A stretch of 64,000 nt of DNA from Patellaria atrata CBS 101060 (Eukaryota), in assembly GCA_010093705.1 (NCBI GenBank), contig MU006098.1, positions 944,666 to 1,008,665 on the forward strand, read 5' to 3'. Below, piece by piece: positions 52,714 through 64,000 of this stretch (its first letter is position 1; each line of letters begins with the position of its first letter). The notes under the pieces are model-generated. The model was not told where the DNA came from. It did not search any database and worked only from the letters and a program-made list of their open reading frames with translations. The position numbers and the translations under genes were made by a program.

Positions 52714-55306
52714 ATGGCAGACCCACTCTCAATCGCCGCGAGTGTTGTCGCACTCGCGACAGCGGCCGCGCAAATCAGTAAAGCTATCTCCCACCTACGC
52801 AGACTTGGGGAAGTTCCAGGTCAAATATACGCCCTGAGGAACGAGGTCACCGATCTAGAAGTCGTGCTCCGGCAGATTGAAAACGCACTCGAGCTGAATA
52901 CGTTAACTCAACAGGACCATCGTCGCTCGTTGAATGACATGCTGGTTCGAGCAAAGGGCAATCTCTCTGAACTTGCGAAAGCTCTTGAGCGTGTTGCGAA
53001 TGCATGTGAAAAAAGTAAGGCTAAAGTCATAAGCAGGACTGCCGTTTGGTTGAGAGAGAAATCACACCTGCAGAGGCTTCTAAACGACATACAGACAGTC
53101 AAAGAAGCACTAAATCTCATACTTGGGGTCTCAAATTCGTAAGTCCATTGCTTTATTCCCTTTTGAACCAAGCGCATCAAAGGCCGACTGTGAATCTCCA
53201 GGCGAGACCTTCATCACATCCAATTAGAACTTCATAAAGTCTCCATCATGACTACGCAGTCGGGACAACTTCACGAAAAGCATTCGAGAACGGTCACTCG
53301 CGATCTTGATAATCACCACCTTGCATTGAGTTCACGTATGGACCAGCACTATCAAGACTTAAGTAGCCGCCTTACGATTCTGGGACGGTTGATTCTCCAG
53401 CAAGCTCATGGGGAAGCGGCTCCTCCGTATACAGAAGAAGCAGCTGCGACAATGGATGAAACGGGGGCGAGTAGATCACGCAAAATCGATGGCCTTCAAG
53501 TTTTCGTTTCGCAGCCTAATAAATGTTCGACTTGGTGTCCCTGTGCTTGTCACGCAAAGCGAAAGCCAAAAGTCACTGAGCTCGGAATCGTGGAGAAAGT
53601 CATCGGGAAAATGTTTATTGGCTATGCCGGATTACCCTTTCTCAACAAAAAATGCGATTTCAGGGGCTGCAGACACCAACGAGCCCCTACTGTTATTATG
53701 GAATATTGGTTCCCATGGTGGTTTGTAGCGATGAACGTGAAGCTCGATTTCAAATATCTACCAACTGTCGGATCCCAATTTCAAGTAACAACTTCAAGGA
53801 GAGTACCGGATAACTCTCAATCAATTGCCTTTGTTATGCAAAGGGATATCGATGGTCTAAGATACCTGTTCAATAATGGCTTAGCGTCCCCCAGGGATGT
53901 TAGTGACTCCCGTGGCTTCACCTTGATGAGAGTAAGTCCCTTCTCGGCTGTACTTTACGTCCTCCTTTTGAATATCGTTAGTGGGCCCTTTACGGAGAAT
54001 GGCGATACGACGTTGTCCAGTTCCTGATAAGTCAAGGCGCACCTGTGGATGAAATGTGTGTATAGTTCTAGCTGCGTGTAATCTTCGCATAACTAACGAA
54101 GTAGATCATACGATAATGTTTGAGACTTCATTTTTCGGGGTCAAGTTGGGCGTAAGGAACAAGAAGGGCTCCGCTGCATAACAGAAGATGGTGAACGGGA
54201 CTGGGTAGAAGATCAGAACTTTCCACTCGTTCATAGGATAGTACTCGGACTGTCCTCCAAATCATTAGCTGTTGAACTTCAGGAGAACCCCTTAGCAACT
54301 TACCTTACGGATGCATCTGGTCGGACTGCGCTCGACTGGGCTGTGGCAAGAGGCCAAGTAGAAGATGTCGCTCTCCTTCTTGCCAACGGTGCTAATCCGA
54401 ACACCATGGATATTACTGGCCGTACGGCAATGCTCCATGCTGTAGATTGCGATAGTTCTCCGTGTGTCCGTCTTCTTCTTGAAGCAGGTGCTGATACAAA
54501 TCCTAAGTTACCGAAGGGTGTTTTCCGCAGCAGTCCCCTGACCGCCGCCGCTATGGGAGGGAAAAGAGATTTGATGAGAGTTCTCCTAGAATTCGACGCT
54601 GACGCCAATATTAGAAATCCGGAGGGACTGACACCGTTACATTCTGTTGCGCGTTTTCGAACCGCTGATTGTGCCCTAGTTTTACTAGAGCATGGTGCGG
54701 ATCTTAATGCTCTCTCTCGCGATGGAAGAACCCCACTGACAATGGCAATTATTTATAACAATCATGAGGTCTTACAGCTCTTCATTGACCGCTGTTATGA
54801 GTATATTACTTCTGCACGCCTCCGAGGTATGTACTGTACTGTATTGTCGCACATATTGAACGTAGAAATCTCAAAGGTCAGAAGAGCTCATTGTCGTTTT
54901 AATAGGTCCTCAACTACTCCCAGTTATTGCAGAGTACGCCGACATCAGAACCATGTCTATTCTTGCCTCATCCCATCCCTTAAAACTCTCGTACGATATC
55001 AGTCCTGGTAGCATGATCAGGAATCGAGAACTATTACTCGGACGTTTTGACTATTCCGAGAAATTGTTAGAAATCTTTGAAGAATTAATCACCATCGCTC
55101 AAGTGGATAACGTCAACTCCCCATCTGTCGATAGTCTCTTAGAGTCCGGTCTTTTCCGTACTGCTAGGTCATCTTTTCGGTCCGATCTGGCTGAAGCGAT
55201 GGAAGCTCTTGACTTTTCAGACGGGTCTACAGACGGGAGTGTGGGTAAGTTTGAAGATTCAAGAGAAGCTCTATCTCCCATCGAAAAACCCCCGTGTACA
55301 TTTTAG
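52714..55306 (+). pseudogene. HeLo-like (fungal STAND N-terminal) domain + Cys-rich segment + ankyrin repeats, 5 exons, interrupted by one in-frame TGA at 54121-54123
   Basis: N-terminus 'MADPLSIAASVVALATAAAQI'; 'CSTWCPCACH', 'EYWFPWWF'; ankyrins 'GRTALDWA', 'GRTAMLHA', 'SPLTAA', 'GLTPLHSV', 'GRTPLTMA'. Exons 52714-53138, 53202-53931, 53982-54055, 54105-54826, 54906-55306. Exon 4 reads SYDNV*DFIFRG. Confidence 0.75.
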
Positions 55307-55626
55307 TTGTATCTTAGACACGGATAGTAATATACCGCTGTTAAGGTGTTGGGAAAGTATACGGACACTTCAAAACGTACTTTTGGACCCGAGCTAAATG
55401 TGAGACTACTGTATGCCCAGAGAAGCTATCCAGGAGGAATCCCCATACGGACAGTACATTATTCCATACCAAAATACTATGTTTATTTACTTAACGCGAT
55501 GTTATATTTTGTTGTAGAACACGTAAGGTGTTATCTGTATGGGGATTCCTGCCATAGATAGCTCCTCTGGGGCATACAGTACATAAGAGTGATCGAAGAA
55601 TGCTGACATTACAATCCATCACATCG

Positions 55627-56577
55627 CTAGTCGGCTGATGGAATGGCAAGTCCAATGAAAAATCCGGGCTCGTTGATATTGCAGTTTTTATAACTGATAA
55701 TTCCACCTTAGTCAGCGACTTGGACTGCTCTTTCTCTTAAATCTGGGTAGGCACAAACCTTAAAACCCCAATCGCTCCTGGTGACATCATCATGGGCAAT
55801 TTCTCCTCCAACGGATACTTCAACCACCTTTTCGCAAACGCCCTTAGAATAAGGCCATGGGCCACCTAGAAACCATCAGTTCCCCTTAGAATCTTGGAGC
55901 TGGAGCTGGAGTACAAACTTACCAGCACGATATCTGCAGGATGTTGACCATCTATATACCGCGCCTGAATCTCCCTAATCGTCGAGATTAGGTTATCCAA
56001 CCTCTTTGTGACCTGCTGGACAGACCTGTAGAATATCATCGGTAAGATGTGCGCGTACATATTTTCCGGGGGGGTTGGTGGAGAACCTACTCTCCTCCCT
56101 CTTCACACCCATCCCTCCAGATATCCCACTCTCTCTCTACATCCAGCCCTTTCTGTTTCCTACCTTCTCTAATATCTTCCACCTTCATCCCCTCATACGC
56201 GCCGTAATCCCATTCTGCGATGTCCTCCGTGACCGTCACATTCTCTCTGTCAAGGCCGGTGCAGTTTCCGAAGAGAAGCTCGAAGGTCGTCTGTGCACGC
56301 TTGCGAGGGGAAACGTATATATGGTTGACGCGGGATGGATCGATCAGTTTCTTGGGACCGACTAGATACGCGCCGGTAGACGTGACTTGGGCTTCCCCGG
56401 CTGGGGTTAGGGGCACTTCGGTTGTACCCGTGTACTGGCCGCTCTTCGTCCATTCTGTCTCGCCTGCACGGATGCTTATTAGAGGGTGAGGCGTCGAGAA
56501 GGAGACGTGTGAGCGGGTTAATACAAACCGTGTCGGCATAGGAACACGCGAGGGGTTGAGGCGTCGAGATCGGACAT
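55627..56577 (-). CDS. Histidine phosphatase (phosphoglycerate mutase family), sedoheptulose-1,7-bisphosphatase Shb17-like, 5 exons
   Basis: 'TPRVFLCRH|GETEWTKSGQYTGTT', 'SPRKRAQTT', 'EWDYGAYEG', 'WDIWRDGCEEGE', 'VAHGLILRAFAKRW', 'GVLS|Y'. Confidence 0.9.
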
Positions 56578-57665
56578 TTTGGGGTAAGTGAGGGGGGAGG
56601 GGACGGGGGGTGTGAGGTGGTTGGAGGGGATCAGGTAAGTGTATTGTTACCTAAAGGTATCTTATTGATGGGTATCTCGTAATCGTGAGACACAATCAAC
56701 CTGATAATTGTGAGGGGTAAGGTACCTAAGGTAAGGTAGTCTCTAATGCAAGTCTCTAATGCAAACATCCCCCCGCATTTTGGCGTTTAGGGCAAAGGCG
56801 TAGTTCGATCTTCGATCATGATTATTGCGATTGCGATTGCGATTGTGATTCCGATTTCCATGCGGCCAAGATGAGGTCGTCAGTGATGGTAAATTAATGC
56901 GGCAGGGTCTTGTGATCGCTGGTAAGGTAACTACCCAGGCGTACAGTGCAGTACAAGTATACAACTCCACATGTATGTATCTTTTGAGCAAACTTTTGGT
57001 GTGGGAGTGTGACAAGCGTAAATATCCTCCTGGTGATAGTATTTTGGTAAGTGAGCCACTTTAGGGTAACGTACTTTGCAATATGGGAGGAGTCAGCTCG
57101 TCTGTCTTGTTGGAGACGGACTTATGCGTTGCTTCAGAGGAAAAGGATTGTTTGGAGACATTGGATGCACTCGTCATCATATGATAATAGATAAAGATAT
57201 TTGATGTATCTAAAGAACTACTGCCGGTTAACACTCAATATCTGTTCAAGCTTGACTGTTACCAAGTTATCAACCCTACGTCGACAATCACCTTGTTCGA
57301 CTAAAAAGACATCCCTTTTAATCTTGTACAGTACCTCGTACTGTAGCATCTCCCCTTAGATATTCCGCGGAGTACTGCACAAAAGGATCATTCCATTCCT
57401 CACCCCGAGTAGATATCCGGTCTACCAGCACTATCTAACGCGGCCCGTTTAATGACGTCCTTGGATAATGGCTTCATGGCTAAGGTTCCTGTCCACTATA
57501 CTCTCCACAATAGTGGCTGTGTACTGTTGCCGACACGAAGATGGTATCATAATGTCGAAGATATAACGTTGGTCTTCATAGGCGCCTGGTAATGTTGCTG
57601 TTCCTCGTTTTCCAAGGACAAACACTTTACGAGATTCAAGATTCCCACCGCCTTGTCGACAAGCT

Positions 57666-58184
57666 TCATCTAGGATAACCCACAAGACTAGCACAGCGAC
57701 CACAATAATAAAGGTTTACGCCAAATTGGACCTTATGACTGCCTGTCGAAACTGCCGAACCCGTGCTGAAATCCCTTCGGCACCGAAGGCAACGAACAAA
57801 GGTAGGTGGTACTGGAGTAGAATTTGCGGTCGAAGAGGTTGACGAAGACCGGGAATATGTTTCCGTAGCGTCCTCAGAACCGTCATCTTCAAGATCGAAA
57901 ACGTCTTGTATCGCTTGCGCCTTCCGTGGCATTTGAGTGTATGCAGCAGTAGTTTGAAGCTGGAGGACCTTCGACGCTTGCGAGTTTGCTGTCATGTCTA
58001 GAGGCGTTGGTAGCTCCCGGTATGCCAATAACGGATTGTACGGATCCGGAGATGGAAGTTCTCCTGAGCTGTCAGCAGGAGAGGGGAGCGGTGTTTCGAT
58101 GGAGAAGTGGGTCGAGGGATGAGGGATGTAGGTGAAGTAGCTGGCCTGTTGGCTATCGCATAACCTTAAGGTTGTTTCAAACAT
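57666..58184 (-). CDS. Hypothetical Ser/Thr-rich protein with a C-terminal CxxC...CxxC module
   Basis: Single ORF; first ATG at 58184 (the ORF track starts at a TTG). Ends 'RCLRCRR...GVNLYYCGRCASLVGYPR'. Confidence 0.65.
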   Translation of the reverse strand: MFETTLRLCDSQQASYFTYIPHPSTHFSIETPLPSPADSSGELPSPDPYNPLLAYRELPTPLDMTANSQASKVLQLQTTAAYTQMPRKAQAIQDVFDLEDDGSEDATETYSRSSSTSSTANSTPVPPTFVRCLRCRRDFSTGSAVSTGSHKVQFGVNLYYCGRCASLVGYPR

Positions 58185-61100
58185 GTAGGCCAGGTAAGAA
58201 GGCAAGGTGGGTAAGGTATGTGTTACAGGCTCGGTTTGGAATGAGGATTTGGGGTTGGTTATCTCAAGAGTATAATAAGATAGGAAGGTTGCAAGGGGAC
58301 AAGGGAGTGAGGGCGTATATGTGCTAGACGGACCCCATCACGGAGGAAGATAAAATTATGCTAGAGTTTAGGTACGCTGCTGGAGTGTGAATAATTTCTC
58401 AATCGGATCCGACAAGGCGGATCGAGCAACAAAGGGTGTGCAAGGTGGTTGGTAAGAGATGGTAAAGTACAAATACTGTACTGGTACCTTTTAGGTTACC
58501 TGTACTGTACAGCCCACCTCAGTAAGTGCGTCCACCCGACGCGCCGTCCAACAAATGAAGTGCCTTACGTGGGTTGACTACTGATACTGAGGTTTCGAGG
58601 AAAAATATGAGAGTTGTGAGGTCTCGATGCCTCACCAGCCCACTCGATTCCAGACCCGAATCACGCGCTCAAAAGAGTTTAGGGGAAACCTAAGCTCTGC
58701 TAGGCATAGATCAAACAAAAGCTGCGAATCCTGGATCAAGGAAGGACCTGAGGAGTTGATCCTTCCCTACCAGGTATCTTTTTGATACTGTACTCCGTAC
58801 TTTCCTACCGTTGATTTCTTACCTTCTTATAAGGTTCTCCATCGAAGATCCTTCACGTTCTGAAAACAACCACCTAAGAGCCCAGGTACTGCTCGATATC
58901 TCATGGATGCTTTCCCTCCTTTACCTTGTACAGTGCTTTCTGCAACAACCCGACTTCCGGTTTCCTTTGCTGTGTTGGTGTCTTAACGTTCAACTTCCCG
59001 GATTGAAAATCTCGCCACGGCCCAGTGAGAATGTACGGAGTACTGTAGAACTATGGTAAGGTACTATACTCTTCTGTACTGCCGTGTACGTCGGTCGTCC
59101 CGTCATGACTTCGAAACTGAATCATATTTTATCTTCCGTCCAGCTCATTCTCGTAACTACAATGGAACGGGGACCGTGGTGTACTGTAGCAGTACCTTAC
59201 TGTACAAACAAAATTCACCGAAGGCCCACGGCTGACTACCGTACATATCACACCGCTACCTTGACTCCTGGGTGTCGTGTCACCTAGGCTCACCGGAATC
59301 CAAGATCAAATTCTCAATACTCAGCTAGAGTGAGATGGGAAGATGAGATTTACTCCGCTGGAACGCCAGGAACCCAATACAATTCGTCATAAAAATACAA
59401 TGGAAGTATGAGAATGTACATACTTTACGGATAACTCATTAAGCTGGGATGATAAAAGGCTAGATTTCGAACTTCTGACCTTCTGACCCTTCTAGAAAAC
59501 CGTTCGACATGGATAGACGGATACGTGCCCCCCGGTGCGGCTCTAGGTAGCAAGGGGTAAGGTAGGTTCTAGACTCTTGAGTGAACTGAGTCTCATAACG
59601 AAAACACCTCACGGTATCCCATCCATCCAATACAGTACCTTTTAGGTTACTTTTATCTTTCTCTCCGTCCTTACCTGTGCTAGCACGAAGTGCTCTCGGC
59701 AACCTGGAACCGTAAGGTAATATAAGGAAATATATACGGTAACGAAAGGTAACGTACCGCCTCCCCTTCATTTTCGAAGTTTTCCTCTTCCACTCAGGTT
59801 ACACTACCCAATTATTACAATAAGATATTCTTAGCTATATTAAGCTTTCAGATCATTCCAGGCCTCGTCTTAGAGTGCGTCGACCGGTGCATCCATCTCT
59901 TGAATAGGACTACCTTACCTTCCCTAAGGTACCGGGCCGGGCGTAAGGTAACTTCGTCGATAAGGTAGGTACGGTACATTAGATTAGCAAAGGTCCCCCG
60001 TCTAAGGTAGTTCTAAGGCGTAGTCCAGACCCCGAGGCCACTTATCAAGGTAAACTCCCGTCTATCTCGATTGGTTCTGCACTGTGCCAATACCAGCATG
60101 TACCCAACTCGTGATAATCGCCACCGGGGCTTCCAGTTTTTGTCCTTGTACTATTGGAATGGGACTAGCTGGACACTGCTCAATCTCCAGCATGGTTTAC
60201 CTCAAATCGCAAAGTACTAATAAGGTATTTCCAGGTCCAATTCGCGAGAGGAAAAGGGGTCATCTCGATCAGCCCATCGGATTCGGTTTACCATATCTCA
60301 GTAACCTTCCAGATTATTGCTTCCTAATCAATAATACGATTTTTTAGGACGACTCCCTTCCTCTCTTGCCTATCTGGATACCTTACTACCTCACTATACC
60401 GTATCAGCCTCCATATCGTGTACCCGTCCGGACCCATTCCATCAGCTTATCTAAGCTACCTGGCTTTAAGCGGTGAAGTCCATGCACAAGTACGGTAGAA
60501 GGGAAGGTAATGTAAGGTAAGGTAAGGTAGTATCAGTACGCCTACACCTTTGAGTTCTCGCGCAATTCTTACTCTAGACTGTAAATACAGCCATCCAGCA
60601 TTGGCTCAAAATCGTACTCACCGCATGAAAACGATTTTGTTGGTATGAGAAAAGACAAAATATCCCTATCGTAGGGTTTGCGATGCAACCAGCCCAACTA
60701 TCCTTTGGATAAAACAGACGGCCGTCTTCAAACCTCGGTGTGTCGACAGGACCATTTGCGGCTCACTGGTGTGTGATCCGGGCTACCTCTTTGTGTCTAT
60801 CAAAGTTTTGGTACTATCTTAGTGGTATAGGAAATACTATAGTTCGCCATCCTCCGCTCGCGTTGTAGACGAGTAAAAGGCATGTAAGTGTCAAGAGAAA
60901 TTAACAAGCTGTATGTGTCAGTTACCCGTGAACTTCTGATATACGGAACGATGTTGACGGGAAGATGGAATGGTTTTGTAATATGGTCCCTTTATACCTA
61001 TTCACGTGTTCGCGCGTTCGTCCAGTCCGTTATCTAGAATTTGAAACAACCCCCCCTTCCCCCTTCTCCCCGCGGAATGGAAATCTTATTATTTATTTTG

Positions 61101-62182
61101 GCATTAAGAGGAACAACAACAGGATCGCATTCGCATTCGCACTGGGGGTTGAGATTTATACCGCAGGAAACATTGCCTTATAACTTTAAAAACTAGTGCA
61201 GAATTCGGAAATTGATCTGAATGTATATATATGTATCTATTCAATAAATACGTGTGGGCTCGCTTGTTGACATGCACCGTCTACCTTACTTTATCCCTCT
61301 GGATTCTATTTGCAATTGATTTCTACCCGCGCCGTCGGGATTACGTCAAGGCGTCATAGAGGTGGCGAAGGGATAGTTCAAGTTTGGTGAAACGACTAAA
61401 GGTACTGTAGTTGGTTCTACCTTAAGGTAGAGATAAGCATAAGATACCTTAATAAAATTCTCTTGTAGTATAATCTATCTAATAGGTATGGATAAGGTAC
61501 AAAAAGCCAATGATTGACGTAACTTCACCTATTAACTCTCCTTCCATCGTTGCAAAGGCCCCTGTGAGGTTGACATTCTGAGATGTGTCCGAAAGACAAG
61601 CTAGTTTTATTACTTCTGCGCTTGGAGATTTCCATTCATTATTTTTTTTTTCTTTTAATTTTTCTTCCATAATTTAAATGTCCTTTTGAGAGTCCCCTTG
61701 TGACAAAGTATAAGCTTGGCCAACAATCTTATTCTTTCGTCTCTAGAACTAAACCGAAGGGTGCAGCCAGCGGGATTTCTGGCGCAAACATCATTACCGT
61801 ATCGTAACGATTTCTGCCGGGCGTCATTGATTGCACCGTTAACGAAACCAAGTCTTTTTTTCTAACCCTAACCCTGTCCGCTTCACTCATCATCGTTTTG
61901 AAGATAAGGACTTTAGTTTCATAATATATATGCTTCAAACTACCCGACTCCATTCCCACCTCGGATTTCTTACGAGCGGAGCACTTACATTCGCGGGCCC
62001 TTCTGTCTGGAAATTCATCAACCCACGATCTTGTTCGCTTTGATCGTCTTGTCAAGGTATGATCCATTCTTAGAGGCATGACGTCCACTATAATATCTAC
62101 CATACGAAGATACTAACAAGGCAACATCGGAATAGGTGACATATACATCGTACAGTACAACATCCCATTTACGACAGATACG

Positions 62183-62977
62183 ATGGGAAAGCCGCCAAAT
62201 CTCTACGCCTATCCGAGCACAGATGACCTCGCAAAGAGTCTACGGGCGTATGTTATCGATGCACAGAACAACGCGCTCGAACGTCACCATGTCTTCAGAG
62301 TTGGCGTTTCCGGCGGATCGTTGCCTAAAACTCTAGCAAAAGCACTTTTGCAAGGAGGGTCTGCTAGCGAGGACGATAAGTGCCAATTCGGCAAATGGGA
62401 GATTTTCTTCGCCGATGAACGGGCCGTTCCGCTAGATCACGAGGACAGCAATTACAGACTCGTCAAGGAGGAACTATTAGACAAAATACCTCCGGACATG
62501 GGCCCTCCGACAGTCTTTCCCATTGACGTCAACTACCTCGATGACATACAGGAAATGGCTGACCAGTACGAACAAACACTAGTGAAGTCATTTGCGGCTA
62601 GGGATAGCGTTAAGACTCCAATGTTCGACCTCTTGCTTCTTGGCTGCGGACCGGACGGACATACGTGCAGTCTATTTCCCGGCTCTCCCCTGCTGAGAGA
62701 ACACGACGCCTGGGTACTACCCATCAGCAACTCTCCAAAGCCTCCTCCAAAACGGATCACCCTCTCACTGCCTGTTGCAGCGCATGGTCTCAAGATCGCT
62801 TTCGTGGCTACCGGAGGTGGTAAAGCGGACATCCTGCGGAAGATATTCGATACTGAGGAGGGCCATCAACTTCCTTGTGGCCTGATTAATACGTTGGGTC
62901 AAGAACGTGTCAGTTGGTTTGTGGACTATGACGCGGTAAACGGCGTACAGTTTCCCAGCCGGAGGGGAGCCTTGTAA
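62183..62977 (+). CDS. 6-phosphogluconolactonase (Sol family)
   Basis: 'VGVSGGSLP', 'WEIFFADERAVPLDHEDSNY', 'FDLLLLGCGPDGHTCSLFPG', 'SPKPPPKRITLSLP'. Probable 5'-UTR intron 62057-62135. Confidence 0.95.
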   Translation: MGKPPNLYAYPSTDDLAKSLRAYVIDAQNNALERHHVFRVGVSGGSLPKTLAKALLQGGSASEDDKCQFGKWEIFFADERAVPLDHEDSNYRLVKEELLDKIPPDMGPPTVFPIDVNYLDDIQEMADQYEQTLVKSFAARDSVKTPMFDLLLLGCGPDGHTCSLFPGSPLLREHDAWVLPISNSPKPPPKRITLSLPVAAHGLKIAFVATGGGKADILRKIFDTEEGHQLPCGLINTLGQERVSWFVDYDAVNGVQFPSRRGAL

Positions 62978-63425
62978 GGAAATTCAAGGGGGGTTTTCTG
63001 GTTTAGATTTACGAAAGGAAAGTTAGGCGGTACGATTTATGAATTTAGCGGAGCAAACTCGCCCACTTTGCGTTCGTTACTGATATCCAAGGGCTCACTG
63101 CACGGTGAATTGTGATAGAACGCATTGAAGTGTTATATTGGGGCGTTGTTCACGCAAGTTTAACATTAGAGGGGATTTGGGATATTAGTCGATAGATCGT
63201 GGATATGAATGAAATTATGGATTGAATTCGTTCGTGCTATTGCTCCTAAACCTAATAAGATGTCATGATTCCATTGTACAAGTCGTTCCATTAGAAAGAT
63301 ATCCATCTTAGGCTGGAGCCCGTCACGTGCGGCTTGGCATGATCGCTTCCGCAAAGATAAGTTTAAGGTAAATATAAACATGTGCGGTCAGCCCGGAAAC
63401 AACATCATTTCCCATTTCTGGCACT

Positions 63426-64000
63426 ATGTCTCGAAAACCAGGAGCGCGAACCTCGTACCTGCAGAAGCCAACTTCAATTTCGATCTCGGGTGCAGCCCTT
63501 GGAGATGTAGGCTTGGAGCAGAAACCTTCCTCCCCCACGAAGCTGATTGCGCTCAGTACATCCACAATAAGACTTGATGTCTCTCCTACGCGTTTGCCGA
63601 TCCCGGCGCCAGGATTCCAGCCTACGAATAAAAATGAAGTAAAACGGCGCAGTCTGCTCCAGCAGAAGGAAGAGGCAGCAAGACACCTTTCTCACTCGGA
63701 ATCAGGAACCGATGAAGGATCGAAACAGAAACGCGTTAGTTCTGTGGTGAACGGATCAAAATGTACCTCTCGGCCTTTGTCTTTTACGAGGACGACGAGT
63801 TACCAGACGAAACGTGATGCGAAGGTGGTTACAAGAACACAGGATCCACATCAGTCCAAGAGGGAGAAACCACCAAACGTGCAAGCTACCACATTAAGTA
63901 GATCACAGTCGGTACGGAAGCCCTCAAATGAGTCTCAACCTACTTCGACGTTTTCACACTCTCGTGCCCGCAATCAGTCGACTAGCATATTAGGTACCTC
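63426..64000 (+). CDS. 5' part of a Ser/Thr/Pro-rich hypothetical protein running off the window edge
   Basis: ATG at 63426 opens a frame (MSRKPGARTSYLQKPTSIS...) with no stop before 64000. It is absent from the ORF track because it has no stop codon. Confidence 0.65.
   Translation, partial: MSRKPGARTSYLQKPTSISISGAALGDVGLEQKPSSPTKLIALSTSTIRLDVSPTRLPIPAPGFQPTNKNEVKRRSLLQQKEEAARHLSHSESGTDEGSKQKRVSSVVNGSKCTSRPLSFTRTTSYQTKRDAKVVTRTQDPHQSKREKPPNVQATTLSRSQSVRKPSNESQPTSTFSHSRARNQSTSILGT

Overview
Gene-dense window from a filamentous ascomycete (Pezizomycotina) nuclear genome, judged from short GT-AG introns with CTRAY branch points and typical fungal gene families. About 20 protein-coding loci can be reconstructed by hand: an MFS transporter, a Cys-rich single-pass membrane protein, a frameshifted SDR pseudogene facing a bZIP/DUF3425 transcription factor, a LisH-WD40 protein, a DUF2985-like membrane protein, S-formylglutathione hydrolase, a head-to-head RPB6/TFIIIA pair, an RRM protein, a SAP-domain Tho1-like protein, a large protein with a methyltransferase-11-like C-terminus, a Lac12/CDT-like sugar porter, a Con-13-like HExxH protein, a SET-domain protein, a LaeA-like methyltransferase, a HeLo-like/ankyrin gene broken by one TGA, an SHB17-like phosphatase, a small CxxC protein, 6-phosphogluconolactonase and a partial ORF at the right edge. 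I found no tRNA, rRNA, CRISPR array or intact transposon. The most striking unexplained signal is that non-coding DNA is saturated with TA-NNN-TA heptamers (TACAGTA/TACTGTA, TAAGGTA/TACCTTA, TACGGTA/TACCGTA), often chained through shared TAs. This is the form of Tc1/mariner excision footprints, though it could instead be a regulatory motif. All family calls come from motif recognition by eye, not database searches.
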